DNA from: the human T2T-CHM13v2.0 reference genome, Homo sapiens
DNA length: 64,000 bases
Assembly (NCBI RefSeq): GCF_009914755.1
Contig: NC_060946.1
Strand: one strand, 5' to 3'
Position numbers and translations under genes: made by a program. The notes under the pieces were generated by a model, which saw nothing but the letters and a program-made list of their open reading frames with translations, did not search any database and was not told the origin of the DNA. This document shows, one piece after another, positions 46,607 through 62,228 of the stretch. Position 1 is the first letter of the stretch. Each line of letters opens with the position of its first letter.

Positions 46607-46652
46607 CCCCCTCCTGTGTGTGTATGTGTGTGTGTGTGTACACACATGTGTG
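46578..46652. repeat. (TC)n-(TG)n compound microsatellite
   Basis: Direct reading. Confidence 0.9.
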
Positions 46653-47097
46653 TCAGGCTGGCTAAGTTTATGAGGAGTGCAAAATCTCAGAACTTTCCTG
46701 ACTCTGGTGAGGTTAAATTCTCAGCAGCAGTGGATGCTGCACAGTTGCTCAAGCAGGAAGAACTCCAGAGCACACCCTGATGAATGCCCAGGAAGCCGCA
46801 TTCAGCGCACTTCCAGGGCTTGGTTTGGCCAATATCGTGACAGATAAAACACAGAGAGATGAGACAGACAGAGGTGACCGAAGGCAAAAACCAAACAGGC
46901 AAGGAACAGGGTTAGGGGAGAAGTGATTTGGGGAATGCAAAAGAAAGAGGCAAAAAGGAAATGGGTACTGGGAAGAAGGAATATATTGAGGAGTCCAAAA
47001 AGTAGAAATGACAGAAAGAAGAAGAGATAGGCAAAATGCTCAGAAGAAGGAAATGTAAAGAAAAAGGTGAGGTGGGGGAGAATTAAAATGGACAGAA

Positions 47098-47430
<333 letters not shown>

Positions 47431-49744
47431 TCACATTACACATTACAGAGCTTTCACTCCCACATGATCACTAGACATCCGTCCTCCATTCCTCTCATGC
47501 TGGCTGCTTCCAAGGGGAAGCTCCGCAGGGTATGAAGGGTAAGAGAGGGTACTCTGTGGCCAGGCTGCCCTGAGTTGCCTGGGGCAAAAGAAAAAGGCAG
47601 AAAGGAAATGGAGACAGGAAGAGGGAATACAGAACCCAAAAAGTAGAAATGACAAAAAGAAAGAAAAGTTAGGCAAAATGAAGTAACAGCTACGTGACCT
47701 TCAGAAAGCTGGTTAATGTTCTTAGACCTCAGTTTCCTCCTTTATAAACTGAAGATAATGGCCCCCATCTCATGGGCTGTCCTCAGGACTAACTAAGTAT
47801 ACCCATGAAGCACCAGTAAGTGCTATGTGAACGTAACGGCTATAAAAGTTTGTCATTCAGCCCTCCCGGCAACCCCAGAAATAGGTATCTACATCCCCAG
47901 GTAAGGCTGGAAGAAGCCTGACCTGAGTTACTCTCCCAAAGATCAACAGGAGGTGGAATTCAAACACACCTCATGCTCCTTCTACTAGAGACCTGGGGAA
48001 AAAGAGGGAGGGAAGTGTGGAAAACAGGGAAGAAAAGAAAGGGAGAAGGACCTTTCCTTGTAGGGTGAGGGCAGACAGAGTGAGAAGGCAAAGAGACCAG
48101 AGAAGAGGAAAAAAAAAAAAAAGGAATGGTAAGAGAAATCCCGAGGCCCACTTGACAAAGGCAGCCAAGGTGGAGGCTGGCTTGGGGGCTGTCTCCATCT
48201 GACATTAGGGGCCCCGCTAGCTGATGAGGCTGGCACTCGATGTTGCAGGCTGGCACCTTCTTGCTGTTCTGCCTACATGCCTGTCCCTCCCTCCACCCAC
48301 ACCTTTCCATGGCTCCATCCATCACCCTCCTGGTCTCATAAAGTACCGCTGAACTAGTGCCACAACACAGAGCAGGCGCTCATGTGGACCCTGCCATGGC
48401 GCCTCCACAACAAGCCTGCCAGTTATTTCCTAGCTCTGGAACCTACACCAGAGCTGGCAGGGCACCAGACCCCAAGTCCTCATCTCCAGGGGGACCCCAG
48501 GTTGACTGGGCAGCCCATGGAACAAATCAACCTTTGGCTTGAGAGCAGTGCAAATTTGCTATGGATGTCATTGAAAGAAATAAATATAGAAACCCCAGAA
48601 TGGCTCTGGGCAACTGTTTTCCAAAGTCCAGCCACGCTCTGTTAGCAGATGTGGAGGCAGCCACAACTGCAAATGTTAATCCAATTGACATTTTGAGGGA
48701 GGGAGGAGAGAGGGAGGGAGGGAGGAGGAGAAGAGGCTTACTCGTCAGGAGAAATGGTTTCACCCATTTCTAAAAGATGGGAAGGAAGAGGGAATTAAAA
48801 ATAGATTTGTTGCTGCCCTAACACTACAAGCCATGCACACGACATTGATCACAGAGAGAATAAGCACGGCAGAGGATCAGATGCACCAGTACCAGTGGGC
48901 TCATTTCTCACCAGCAAATATTGACTGCACAGTAAGAAACTACGCAAGCTCAAGACTGGAATATGGCTCCTCATGGGGCAGGAAACAAGTCAGTCAGCAA
49001 GCAAAACGCATGCCTCTCTGCTCACATCCATACATCTCTACGCAGGTTCAGACATAAAAATCTGCTAAGCCCCATTAATCTAAGATTCCCAGCATGTCCT
49101 GGACCATCATGGCTGATTTCTAATAAGCATTTGCAAAGGCCATGAATCCACTTAACAATTAGCCTCTTCCTACCGTCTGGGTCAGATCCTTCAATGGGTC
49201 TCACAGGAAGACAATGGAAGACCCATATGGAACTTAGAACAGCCTTGGCCTAGGAGGGGTGGACTCTCGTCTTCTCTAGGCAGCTCCCTGGACTCTAGGA
49301 GAGCAGTTCTCTTCCTCCCTCTACCCCCGTATTTCTTTTCTCCTAAGTGAAGAGGGTTTACAGTATCTTGAATAGACCTTAGAGAAAAGTATCTCCCTCA
49401 TTACATCACTGATTTGTTTCTGAAAATAAAATGTTTTGTGCCAAAAGGCTACCACGGAACCAATCTCCTATTATTTTAAGTAGGACAAATTATAATTAAA
49501 ATTATAAATTATAATTAAAAATTAAAATTTATTGTATGCTAAGCAAACTGCCCACTTCCCTTTCCAATCAATGTCCAAAATGGAAAAGAAAATACCATTA
49601 GATAGTTGTATGTAAATGACAACTTCTCTTGTTAGGATGCAAAATGCTTAAAACACTGCTTCCTGATCTCAAAACTATTCATGCAGCCATCAGCCAACAG
49701 GGGCTATGCATGCAGTAACACGGCCTTCCCCAATAACAGCAACA

Positions 49745-50060
<316 letters not shown>

Positions 50061-50296
50061 TAGACCCTCATTATCCTTCTGCTGATGCTTAAGGTTTTCA
50101 ATATGTGTATATATCATTCTGACTTTCTACCAATTTTATCAGTTCTGTAACTCAATATTTATCACACACATCATTTTGCTAAAAGTACTGTATCAATTTT
50201 TACAATGTAAGTATAAATTCTCTGTATGTACACATCACTCCAAAAATATGACATATGTACTTTTTATGAAGTTTAGGTATTAAAGAAAAAAAGGCA

Positions 50297-50856
50297 GAGA
50301 ACTACCATTCAAACCTGCAATCCCATTCCTGAGTATATACCCAAAAGAATAGACATCATTCTATTATAAAGACACATGCACACATATGTTCACTGCAGCA
50401 CTATTCACAATAGCAAAGACATGGGACCAACCTAAATGTCCATCATCAGTAGACTGGATAAAGAAAATGTGGTGCATATACACCATGGAATACTACACAG
50501 CCATAAAAAAGAACAAAATCACCTCCTCTGCAGCAACCTCGATGGAGCTGGAGGCCACTATCCTAAGCAAATTGACACAAGAACAGAAAACCAAACACCA
50601 CACGTTTTCACTTACAAGTGAGAGCTAAACTATGGTTCGCAAAGGCAGAAAGAGCAGTACAGTGGACACTGGAGACTCAGAAGCGGGAAAGCTGGGAGGG
50701 AGTGAGAGCCTAAAAACTACCCGCTGGGTACAATGTACACTACTTGGGTGACAGGTCCACTAAAATCTCAGACTTAACCACTACACAATTCATTTTTACA
50801 GCCAAAAACCATCTGTAACCTTAAAGCAACTGAAATGAAAAAAAAAAAAATTAAAA
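50297..50856 (+). mobile_element. 5'-truncated older L1 3' end (L1PB-like)
   Basis: ORF2 C-terminus MFTAALFTIAKTWDQPKCPS...WCIYTMEYY; 3' UTR gggtacaatgtacactacttgggtgac; A tail. Confidence 0.88.
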
Positions 50857-50981
50857 AGAGGGAGGGAGTGAGGGAGGGAAGGAAGGGAGATGTTAGGAAA
50901 GAGCTCTCATTGTGTTATATATAATTTACCAAATTAAAACAAACAAACAAGAGTCATTCTACTATGAAAACCTCAACCCAT

Positions 50982-51300
<319 letters not shown>

Positions 51301-52501
51301 GAAAACCTCAACCCAGAAGCACGCTGTAGGGTGTGCCTGTGTGTCATGGTAGACTTTACATAAGTCTTAGGTTGCAGTGCAACCCAGGTGTAGCCAGTGA
51401 CCATTTTACTCAGGGACCCACCCTGGAGGAAGGAGCAGTATCTGCTCACAGTATTTGAGGCCCAATACAGTCCTGAGGTGGCTCCCTCTGTCACCACTGT
51501 CTTGATCTAGTGAATTCTGGAATCAGTTTTTCCTGGTGACATTAGCAGCTTGTCAAATGACATGTTAGATGTTAGGAAAGAGCTCTCATTGGTAAGATAA
51601 AGTGCTACCAACAACGTGGACTGGCTACAGTAATATTAGAGATACTCCCCACCTTTTCATAACACAGAAGGAAAATCTAGAGAGGCTGACACCAACATTC
51701 TTAGCGATGCTGTCTAAGGGGTGATCCATAGCTATTCTGTTTCCAGCTGCTGCTTAGGAGAAATTCTGTTTGCCTAATGCCAACTATGAGGGTGACAGCA
51801 ATGGTCCCTGTCACAGTGTCACACCTGCCTCTAGTGAACCTTTCTGTAAGAGAGTGGTCAGAGCATCTGAAAGGACAGAGGGCAGAGACATATCTCTACT
51901 GTTGGTTGAATCATTGTGCGCCTACTAATGAACGTTTGATCAATAAATGTCTCTTTGTGTGGCAGAATCTGGTGGAATATTTTTTTTTTCATCACAATAT
52001 GTTAGTAAAGTTCTAGTTTGAGGTTCCACCATCTTCAACTTTTTGGCCACTACTATTACCTACAAATTCAGCTAAGAGTTGTCCATGACCAAATTGATTT
52101 AGGTAAATTCACATACACATACACATACATGGAGAGAGAAGGTGTGGAGAGACAGGAGGGGGAAGGGAGGGAGTAGGGAGAATGAAAAAAATAGGATCAG
52201 GTAGCCCCCTAGTCTCTTCCAACTATAAATGTTTGCATTGAACCTTATCTAAAAGATGACTAGTGGTCGTGTTTGCATGCCAGCACTGACTTTGGGGGCA
52301 TGAGCAAGGATGAGATTAGAGAATGAACCTTTGGGCTTATCTTTACAAAGTAAAAGAAATAAATTAATTAAGTGCTTAGTGAGCATCTTTAGTGAATACT
52401 ATATCCAGGCGGCATCCCCAATCCCAGTTATTTCAGTCTCCTAAAATTTTAATTTTGTATACTCTCTATTCAATTCAGCAAAAATCACCCTTGTCCCATA
52501 A

Positions 52502-52882
<381 letters not shown>

Positions 52883-52899
52883 TAAGATTTTATTTTCAG

Positions 52900-54450
52900 A
52901 TTTTTCCCTAATATTTTATTATGAAAAATTCCAAATACACAGTAAAGTTGAAAGAATTCTACAATGAACATATATATAGCTGCCCCTGTGATGTACCAAG
53001 ACCCTCTTACCATATTTGCTTTTATCATATTTATCCTTCTATCCATCTATCAACACATCTTTGGTTTTTTAATGCATTTCAAAACAGTAAGATAGTCAGC
53101 AGCACATTACTTCCTAGGCATTTTAATATGTATATCATTAACCAGGATTCAATAATGTTTATGGGTTTTTTCCCCGCCTTCATGGTAAAAGTTACATATA
53201 ATGAAATGCACAAATCACTGGGAAAATTTTGACAATGCATACTCCTATGTAACCCAAACACTTTTCAAGATGCAGAACGTTCTGGAGTGATGAGGAAGTT
53301 CCCTCAAGCTCCTTCTCTGACAATATCTGCATCCTCCCACCATAGGCAATCCCTTATTGATTAAGCTTTGTTATAGATTGGTTCTTCCTGTCCCCAAACT
53401 CGATCTATTAGGAATCCTGAAGTATATACTCTTTGGGTAAGCTTTCTCTCATAACATCAAGTTTCTGCAATTCATTCAAGTTGTTTCATGTATTGCTAAT
53501 CTGTTTTTACTGACCGCTTGGTGAGTGGCATACCATGATATTAACGGAACACAAATTATTTATCTATTCTCTCAGTGATGAATACCTGGGCTGTTTTTGC
53601 AATAACAGTTTCATAGTCCAGCGATAACTACAACTGCAACTGAAGGGTCAGAGGGTAGATATCTATTCAGTATTTTTCTTTCTTTCTTTCTTTCTTTCTT
53701 TCTTTTTTTTTTTTTGAGACAGAGTCTCACTCTGTTGCCCAGGCTGGAGTGCAGTGGCGCAATCTCGGCTCAATGCAACCTCTGCCTCCTGGTTTCAAGG
53801 GATTCTCCTGCCTCAGCCTCCTGAGTAGCTAGGACTACAGGCACTTGCCACCACCGCCCAGCTAATTTTTTGTATTTTTAGTAGAGAAGGTTTCACTACG
53901 TGGGCCTGGCTGGTCTCGAGCTCCTGACCTCAATCAATCCGCCCGCCTTGGCCTCCCAAAGTGCTAGGATTACAGGCCTATCTATTCAGTTTTATAGGAA
54001 ATCAGCAGACCTTTCTTTAAAGGGGATGAACCATTTATATTCCCACCAGTAATGTGTGAGAGATACAGCTGCAACACATTCTTACCAACATCTGATGTTG
54101 TTAGTTTTGTTTTATTTTAATTTTAGCCATGCTGGTGGGTTTGAAATGGCATCTCATTGTGGTCTTTCCTGCTTCCTGTGAGTTGCTTGAACATTTTTTA
54201 GAATTCCATTGTAATTTACCTATGGTGGTTTTTAATGCATCTCTTTGTATAGCTTTTTGAACAGTTGCTCTAGGTATTACATTACATATGCATAATTTAT
54301 CAAAGTCAACTGGGGCTGACATTTTACCAGTTCGAGTGAACTGCAGCACACTTAACTCCCATTGTATCCCTTTATCCTCTCTCATTTACAATAGGATTGC
54401 CTTAAATATTTCCCTTACATACATCAAAAGCCACATTAGACATTTTCCAA
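52900..54450 (-). mobile_element. Old L1M fragments interrupted by an Alu
   Basis: ttttattatgaaaaattccaaatacacagtaaagttgaaagaa; tcccaccagtaatgtgtgagag; tggcatctcattgtggt; boundaries approximate. Confidence 0.7.
53672..53978 (-). mobile_element. Alu (AluS-type), ~20 bp 5'-truncated
   Basis: TSD tatctattcagt at 53660-53671 and 53979-53990. Confidence 0.93.
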
Positions 54451-54849
54451 ACTCCTTTACATCTTGGACTCTGTTGTGAAACCCAGTTTCCACCAAGCAG
54501 ACACACCTGCATGAGATGACAGAGGCAAAAATGAATGCCAGGAGGTAGAGGATGCCCTTGGGCCTGCTTCTGCTGCCGTTTTCTGGCAAGCATGAACAAG
54601 GGATGTTATTTTCTTTTTGAGGCAGCTGTCGTTAGAGCTCTGAGTCCAGTCCCAAACTTCTCAAGTATCAAAAAGTATGGTTCTCGTCCTGCTTATACAG
54701 ATCTCAGCAGATACAGCAGGGTCCGTAAGGGAGCAGCCACCCCATGGCTTCTTAACCACAGTTTCCTTGGTGGTCTGGTTCAATATGGTTCTCACCTTTG
54801 TCTCTAGCCTCTTAGGATTCTTCAAGGCACTTAAGAATGGCAATACATT

Positions 54850-54984
54850 GGCAGGGCATAGTGGCTCATGCCTACAATCCCAGCACTTTGGGAGCCCAAG
54901 GCGGGCGGATCACCAGGTCAGGAGATTGAGACCATCCTGACCAACACTGCACTCCAGCCTGGCGACAAAGCTAGACTCTGTCCC

Positions 54985-55013
<29 letters not shown>
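54850..55013 (+). mobile_element. Internally deleted Alu (left-arm start fused to right-arm end)
   Basis: ccatcctgaccaa|cactgcactccagcctggcgaca followed by a long A tail. Confidence 0.9.
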
Positions 55014-55015
<2 letters not shown>

Positions 55016-55512
55016 AAATACATCTCTTTCTGTTGAAGCTCATGCATCCTCTTGTCTGTAACTGAACTCTAATGGTTATAGTCCCACAGCTAATTATTGG
55101 CAGAGCTGGGATCAAAACTCAGATCTCTGTTCCTTCTTCTGCGGTGCGCTGCAGAGTCTTTCTCTCAACAATGTTCTTCAAAGAAGAAAGAGTTGAAAGT
55201 CCCACATTCTATTTTGAGAACACACACTGGGAATGAAATGTTTGTATTTCTCTGTCACATCCTTTTCACCCTACATGTGTGGTCATCCTTGCCTGGGTGA
55301 GTTAAACCGCTGCTCAGGAATGAGACACTGTGGGTGTTTCTTAGGCAGCACAAAGATGACAGCAATAAGCATATCTTTCTGCCATGCCTTGCTACTGGGG
55401 CTGGATTAATCAAGACATTTGTTTCTTAAAAGACTCAACTCACCGCAGTAAACAGAGAAGGATGTAATCTGCAGTGGCTTCTCACACTTTATTGCATGTG
55501 GACAAACCCTTA

Positions 55513-56047
<535 letters not shown>

Positions 56048-57421
56048 AACAAACCCTTAGCTTAGAACTCAAAGATCTGGATGGACATTTCAGCTCAGCT
56101 ACATCCCAGGTAGGGCCATTTACTGAACCTTTACTGAACGTCCACTCATCCAGCCCAGCTGGCTTCCTTGCTGATCTTCCAACAAGACAAGCACACTCCT
56201 GCCACGGGAACTTCACACTTGCAATGTCCACTGGATGGAACGTGCATCCTCTCGATATTTGTGTGCTGTGCACCCTGACTTCACTCTAGTGTCTGTTCAA
56301 AAAGCTTTCCCTAACACCCTGCTCCCCTGACTTACTTTCTTCCCCGTAACACTTAAATGACTCAATCTTATATACCTATTTCTTCACTGATTATCCCCTG
56401 GTGACTGGCACATAGCACGAACTCCATAAATCTTTCAAGAGTGAACGAATGCCTGCCTGCAAGTTTGACAGAGACTCGGGGTCCTCCTCTGTAGGCTGAC
56501 CTCCCAAAGCTGACCTTGAACAACCGATGTAAATATGAACTGAGACTGGTTATATGAAAACCCATGATGGTGAAAACATCTGCTCGGCAAGTAGAGAGCA
56601 TTTTACAAGCTTTATTGTTTCTAAGAAAAACTATTTTTCACATTCTAACATCCCTGAAGTCGAGAAAGTTTGAGCAATCACTGGAGACCACACAGCAGGG
56701 GTAACACAGCTGTTTCCACTAGTGCCTTCACCTCTTCGCAGAATGGGTGTCACAGGCTTCAGTGAAAATCCCGGAGACAATGAAGGGAGTCATTCTTTTA
56801 ACCGCTATGAACCAAATGGTTGTGGGAAGAGGCAGGAAGAAATGGAGAACCAGATGTGTTTAGCAACATTCCTAGAAGCAGAGCCAGGAGGAGGCCAGCT
56901 CCACAGAGCTGCAAAGTGGGTTAAGTGTCGTCTTCACAGGATTTTCATAAGAAATGCTCCATGCTCATGATGATGCAGAGGACGGCACGATGTAGACAGA
57001 TGCAGGAGATGACACTGAGTTGAAAAACAGATTCTGAAGAGTGAGATTCCAAGCAAAGAAGCTTTTGCAATATCTGAACCAATATATTTGCCTATACTTT
57101 TCTTTATGTGTAGGCATAGCAATAAAATATGACAAAAACCCAAGTCTAAAATAGTTCTTTCAATAAGCATAAAAGAAAGATTCAAAGGGATAAAAAAAAA
57201 TTGTGCCATGATTTAATTAAAAGATTTCTTGGCTTTATGTAAAACAATGCCATGTCTTACACTCAGCAGCATCTAAGGTTAGGTGAATTTGTTTGGAAAA
57301 AAATTGAAAAACAAGACTCCAAAGCACTCTTGATCCCAGTCACTTCTCTATTGGTTCATCCATTGATCTAATTTCTCTGTATTTAATTCCCATGTCTGTT
57401 TTGTCTATTTTCAAGATTGAT

Positions 57422-57583
57422 TTACATTGCAGGTTCCGATGTAACCACTGACTTACATTGCAGGTTCTAATGTAACCACTGTCCTTAACGAGTACATAGA
57501 TTTGTTTCCTTCTCTCCAGGAGCATGAGATTTGTTGCCTCCAGGAAAGGCAACAAATCTACGTATTCCTTAAGGACAGTGGTT
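57422..57583. repeat. 31-bp-period tandem duplication plus a 38-bp inverted repeat
   Basis: ttacattgcaggttcYRatgtaaccactg twice; arms 57474-57511 and 57546-57583 are reverse complements at 34 of 38 positions. Confidence 0.93.
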
Positions 57584-57748
57584 CTCAAAGGATTGTCCTG
57601 GGAACAGCAGCATCACCTACACAGTAGTTAGAAATGCACATTCTGAGGCCTCCCAAGACCTGCTAACTCAGACACTTGGGGAGAAGAAGGGGTTCCAACA
57701 AGCCTTCTAGGTCATTCTGATGCATGCTGGAGTTTGAGAATCGATGCT
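57576..57748. mobile_element. MER5A MITE (another MER5-type copy at ~58420-58575)
   Basis: cagtggttctcaaag...cagcagcatcacct...gttagaaatgcacattct...agtttgagaatc. Confidence 0.8.
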
Positions 57749-58819
57749 CTAGGAAAAACACCCAGTACTATCTACCATCAACTTGACCACTCAAGTGTCA
57801 CCATTCACTGAAGTTTAACTACAATGTCCAGAGAATTAATTGTGTACCAGGCACTATGCGGAAGGCTGAATGCTGCCTCACAATCCAAAGTGGTATGTGT
57901 GTAAATGACTAAATAAAATGCAAAATGGGATGACATGAGGGCTGGCGGGGGTGCCAGAACTATGCTCTGTTCAAGGAAATAGAGGATTGATTCTGATCCA
58001 AGAGTCCCGGTGGACTTCATCTCTGAATTTTATAGGTGAAGAAGCTGTTCAGAGCCCACTGTGGTGCTCTCTTATTGATGGAGAGGCACAGTCCCTCTCC
58101 CCCAAATGCTGGTGGCCTGGAGGCGGTGTCTGAGCTGGCCTTGAAGAGTGAGTAGGAAACCCATAAGTAGGCAGAGGTCTTGAAGGACATTCTGAGTAGA
58201 GGGAAAAACAGAAACAAAAGCAGGGAAGTGTGAAAGCAATTATTTTGTTCTGGGAAGAGTGGGTAGCAATCTGCAGTAGTTTAGGTACCTTTTAAGCTTG
58301 TAGGAAAGGTTGACAAGGCATGAGAGACCTGGAGGGACAGGAGGGTGTAGCCCGAGAGTGGATTTCCACATCCGTGGTCTGAGGTGAGCAGCTGGCAGTG
58401 AGGACAAAGACGTTGACAGCAGTGTTTCTCACCCTGTAAGAGGAACATGGATTTCCTGGGATCTTGTTAAAATGCGGGCTCTGATTCATAATCTTGGGAT
58501 GGGCCTGCAGTTGTGTCTTCTTGAGCAGCTCCCAGGTGATGCTGATGCTTTTTGTACCTGGATCACACTCGGAGTGGTCACGGCCTGGAGGGGAACGCAG
58601 GTGCTACAGGGAGAGTACCTGAAGATGCTTGGAAATGATGCCTTTACATTGCTGTCAGGATACATGATTGGATGGGTCCATGATGGTGTTTTCAGAAGAA
58701 CGGCAACAGATGGAAAGGAAAATGGGAATTGGAGGCCAAAAGTTTTCATAAAGCAAAGGTGGAATGTGGACTTCTGCAGATGAAAAGGAGGTTGCTGGAA
58801 ACAGAACAGTGCATCCACT

Positions 58820-59290
58820 GCAATTAGTCTCGGCAGCGCGTGACAATAAATTCCTGATAACAGTGGCTTAAACCAAAGGGACTTTTATGTCTCTCTCACA
58901 TCCAGAAAGTCAGGAGGTTGGTAGTGTAGGGTGGAACGTGATTTAACAGTGCCATTGACTTCCCTGGATCCCAACATTCTGCTTTACCATCCTCAGCTCT
59001 AGGTTGAGGCCCCTCAGTGTCCAATATCATGCTAGAGCATCAACATCCTTGTTGCAGGCTGGCAGCCAAAAGTAGTGGAAGAGAAGGCCAAAAACGGGGA
59101 CACATCTCAACAGCAAAAGTGATTGTAAGTGGATTCCCTGAAGTTCCATGGCCATGCCCAACTGCCACAGGGGCAGGGAGACAGTCATTTATCTGGCTGC
59201 TTTGCTCTCCTGAATGTAAGCAGAAGTCTGTTCCTAAGCAGAAAAGGGACAATGGATATAGGGAAGCAACATGGCAGTCCTTGCTGCAAG
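58820..59290 (-). mobile_element. Old MaLR LTR (MLT1J/K-like)
   Basis: aacagtggcttaaaccaaaggg...tctctctcacat motif; boundaries approximate. Confidence 0.5.
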
Positions 59291-60460
59291 TGGAATCCAT
59301 GGTGACAGCTCAAAAGGGGAGGGCACAATGAAGTAATCAGATTCTTAGGGGATATTTGAGTGTCGGCCTCTTGTGCTCATGGGTGTCTGAATCTACTTGT
59401 GTCTTGCGATTTTGCTAGTTCATTAGTGTGAGTGTTCCTCTCCTCTGTCATAAAAACCTGTCCCAATCCTTCTCATCTGCAAGAGCCGGCTCCACTGCCA
59501 TCTCCTCCAATAACTGTGGCTGCATTTCACAGAGTTGTTCCAAAAAGTCAAGGTAAAGCACTAGGAACAATGCTTGGCACATATTATGTGCTGGGAACAT
59601 AATAACCGCTTAATAAATGCTAGATATGAATTACATGCACTAAGACCTTGCATGGGTGCAGACACATAGTAGGCATTCAATATGCATTTGCTGAATGTAA
59701 TCTGCAGCTTCTGGACTGACCTCTGCGCCTTAATTTTTTCCTGGGGCTCATGTGTCCACCACACCTACCATTCTCCAAGGCCCAGCCAAAAGCCAGAACC
59801 TAGCCCCCAGTAGGGACATTATTTAGATAAAACAACATTTTTCCACAGCCATCCTAGTTTTCAGGGCCTTGCCAAGAAATAGAAAAGAAAAGCAATATAA
59901 ATGTTAATAGGAAATTGTCTATTCACTTTTACTTAGGCTAATCTACAGCAGACCAACAAAGAGGGAATTAGACAGTCGAAGGGACAGGAAAACACGGGAC
60001 CTTGACAAGCTGAAGCCCAATGGACTGCAGTTTCTAGGAGGAAATGTAATTCCAGGCCAACAAGGAAGGCTACGTGGAAATCAGGACAAAGGGCTTCTCC
60101 TTGGGATGCCTCTATGGTGTGAGATAAGGTTCCTGCTGTGGTCCCTGTTATCCTGGGCATCCATCAAATTACAGCAGCTCCTGTCCCCAAGGACTACAGA
60201 GGCAAGAAAAATAAACCTATAACTACAATACAGTGTGAGGTAAATGTTACTAGATGTGTAGGCTCAAGATATTAGATAAGCAAGGAAGAGGGGCAGATTG
60301 CCAGAACAATGGAGCAGGAGAAAGATTAGGTACAAAGTTGTCTTCTTGTAGAGCAGAAGACCCTGAGACGGGGTTCTAAAGGGTGACTAGGAGTTACCCT
60401 GGCAAAGAAGGCAGGAAAAGGTGTTCCAGGAAGTGCAAACACCAGGTACAAAGACTAGAG

Positions 60461-60824
60461 TGCATGAGTTCATGTCCTTTGCAGGGACATTGATGAAGCT
60501 GAAAACCATCATCCTCAACAAACTAACACAGGAAAAGAAAACCAAACATCGCATGTTCTCACTCATAAATGGGAGTTGAACAATGAGAACACATGGACAC
60601 AAGGAGGGGAACATCACACACCAGGGCCTATCAGAGGGGTGGAGGAAAAGCGGAGGGAGAGCATTAAGACAAATACCTAATGCATGTGGGGCTTAAAACC
60701 CAGATGACAGGCTGACAGGTGCAGCAAACCACTGTGGCACATGTATACCTATGCAACAAACCTGCATGTTTAGGACATGTATCCCAGAGCCTAAAGTGAA
60801 AAAAAAAAAAAAAAGAAAATAAAA
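60461..60824 (+). mobile_element. 5'-truncated L1PA7/8-like 3' end
   Basis: 3' UTR and A tail; TSD aaagactagag at 60450-60460 and 60825-60835. Confidence 0.92.
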
Positions 60825-60845
60825 AAAGACTAGAGAGACACATCA

Positions 60846-61336
60846 TGATAGACTAAATAATGCCCCCCAAAGATTACCTCCTGATAATTCCTGAAATTTG
60901 TGAGTATCACGTTACATAACAAAAAAGGACTTTGTAGGTATGATTAAAGACCTAGAGGTGGAAGATGATCCCAGATTATCCTGCTGGGCCTGATATAATT
61001 ACAAAGGTCCTTATAAGAGAGATGCAGGAAGAGTCGGCGTCGGAGGGAATGTTGGTGTGATAATGGAGGCAGAAAGTGGTGTGATTCATTTTGTGGATGG
61101 AGGATGGGACCACAAGCCAAGGGATGCAGGTGGCTGCTAGAAGCTGAAAAGGGCAAGGGGATGGGATTCTCCCTCAGAGCTTCCAGAAGAAAACAGCCCT
61201 GTGAACACCCTGACTTTAGTCCAGTGAGACTGATTTTGGACTTCTGACCTTCAGAACGATAAAAGAGTAAATCTGTATTATTTTAAGCCACTAAGTTTAT
61301 GGTGATTTGATACAGTAGCAACAGAAAACTAACATA
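60846..61336 (+). mobile_element. MaLR solo LTR (MLT1C/D-like)
   Basis: taatgccccccaaaga...aaaggactttgtagg...ttttaagccactaagtttatggtgattt...gaaaactaaca. Confidence 0.85.
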
Positions 61337-62228
61337 TATGTGTTAAGGTGTGTCTTCCAGAATGTTAAGGAAGAACATCAGAAAAATGAATTAGAGGAGG
61401 CAGGCTCAGGCCAAGTCATGGGAGGATCTGTGCACCAGCCTGAGTTTAAGTTTTATCCTCAATGTGGAGCTTCCACTAAAGCGTCTTAGCAGAGGGATAC
61501 TAAAGCGCTGAATTGTCATATTTCTAGATCTTAAATCTTAGGAATGACCACATGTCTAATTATCCATTTTATTGACTCATTTCTTTTATTATAGACTGTA
61601 ATTACTGTATAAAACAAAGTAATGATGTATACTGTATAAAACAAAGGAATATGGAAGGCTATTTTATGCCTCCAAATCCCACTCTAATGTTCTTGAAGAT
61701 GCATACATGTATCTGCAGGGCTGTGACCCAGTACAAGCACGGGTGTGCAGACAGGGGAACTTACTGGAAATTGGGGATTTCTCCCCAGAATCCTGGCCTG
61801 ATGATTGCTGTATGGCTACAAAGACCTCGTTCAAATGTCCCACCCTGCCCCAACTCCAGGAACGGGACAGGCAACCCATGCTCACCGAGTGCTCTCTTAG
61901 GGCCAGAAGCTTTGTGAACATTCCATCATTGAGCTCTCCATGATCCTTCTGGGCAGTACCCTCATCTGCCGGGAGCCTCTTGCAACTGAGCCTGATTCCC
62001 TGAGCACTACTGTTGCAAGGCACGACACTCATCAGTGAGGCCTGGAAAAGATGATAATCCACCTACACATGGTCCCTACCTACCTCCGCCCAATCTCTGT
62101 CTACACACAGAAAAGCACTGAAGGGTAAAATTCCAGCCGGCCTCCTCCTTCTCACTTACTCCTGATACACCAACCTTTATGCACTCACACACCCCTTGTC
62201 AGGGCCCCCGCCAGCTATGTCCTTGGCC

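Noticed and set aside
61604-61646. 17-bp repeat tactgtataaaacaaag twice (also the AT-rich repeat at ~49487-49530)
   Set aside because: Ordinary slippage micro-duplications.
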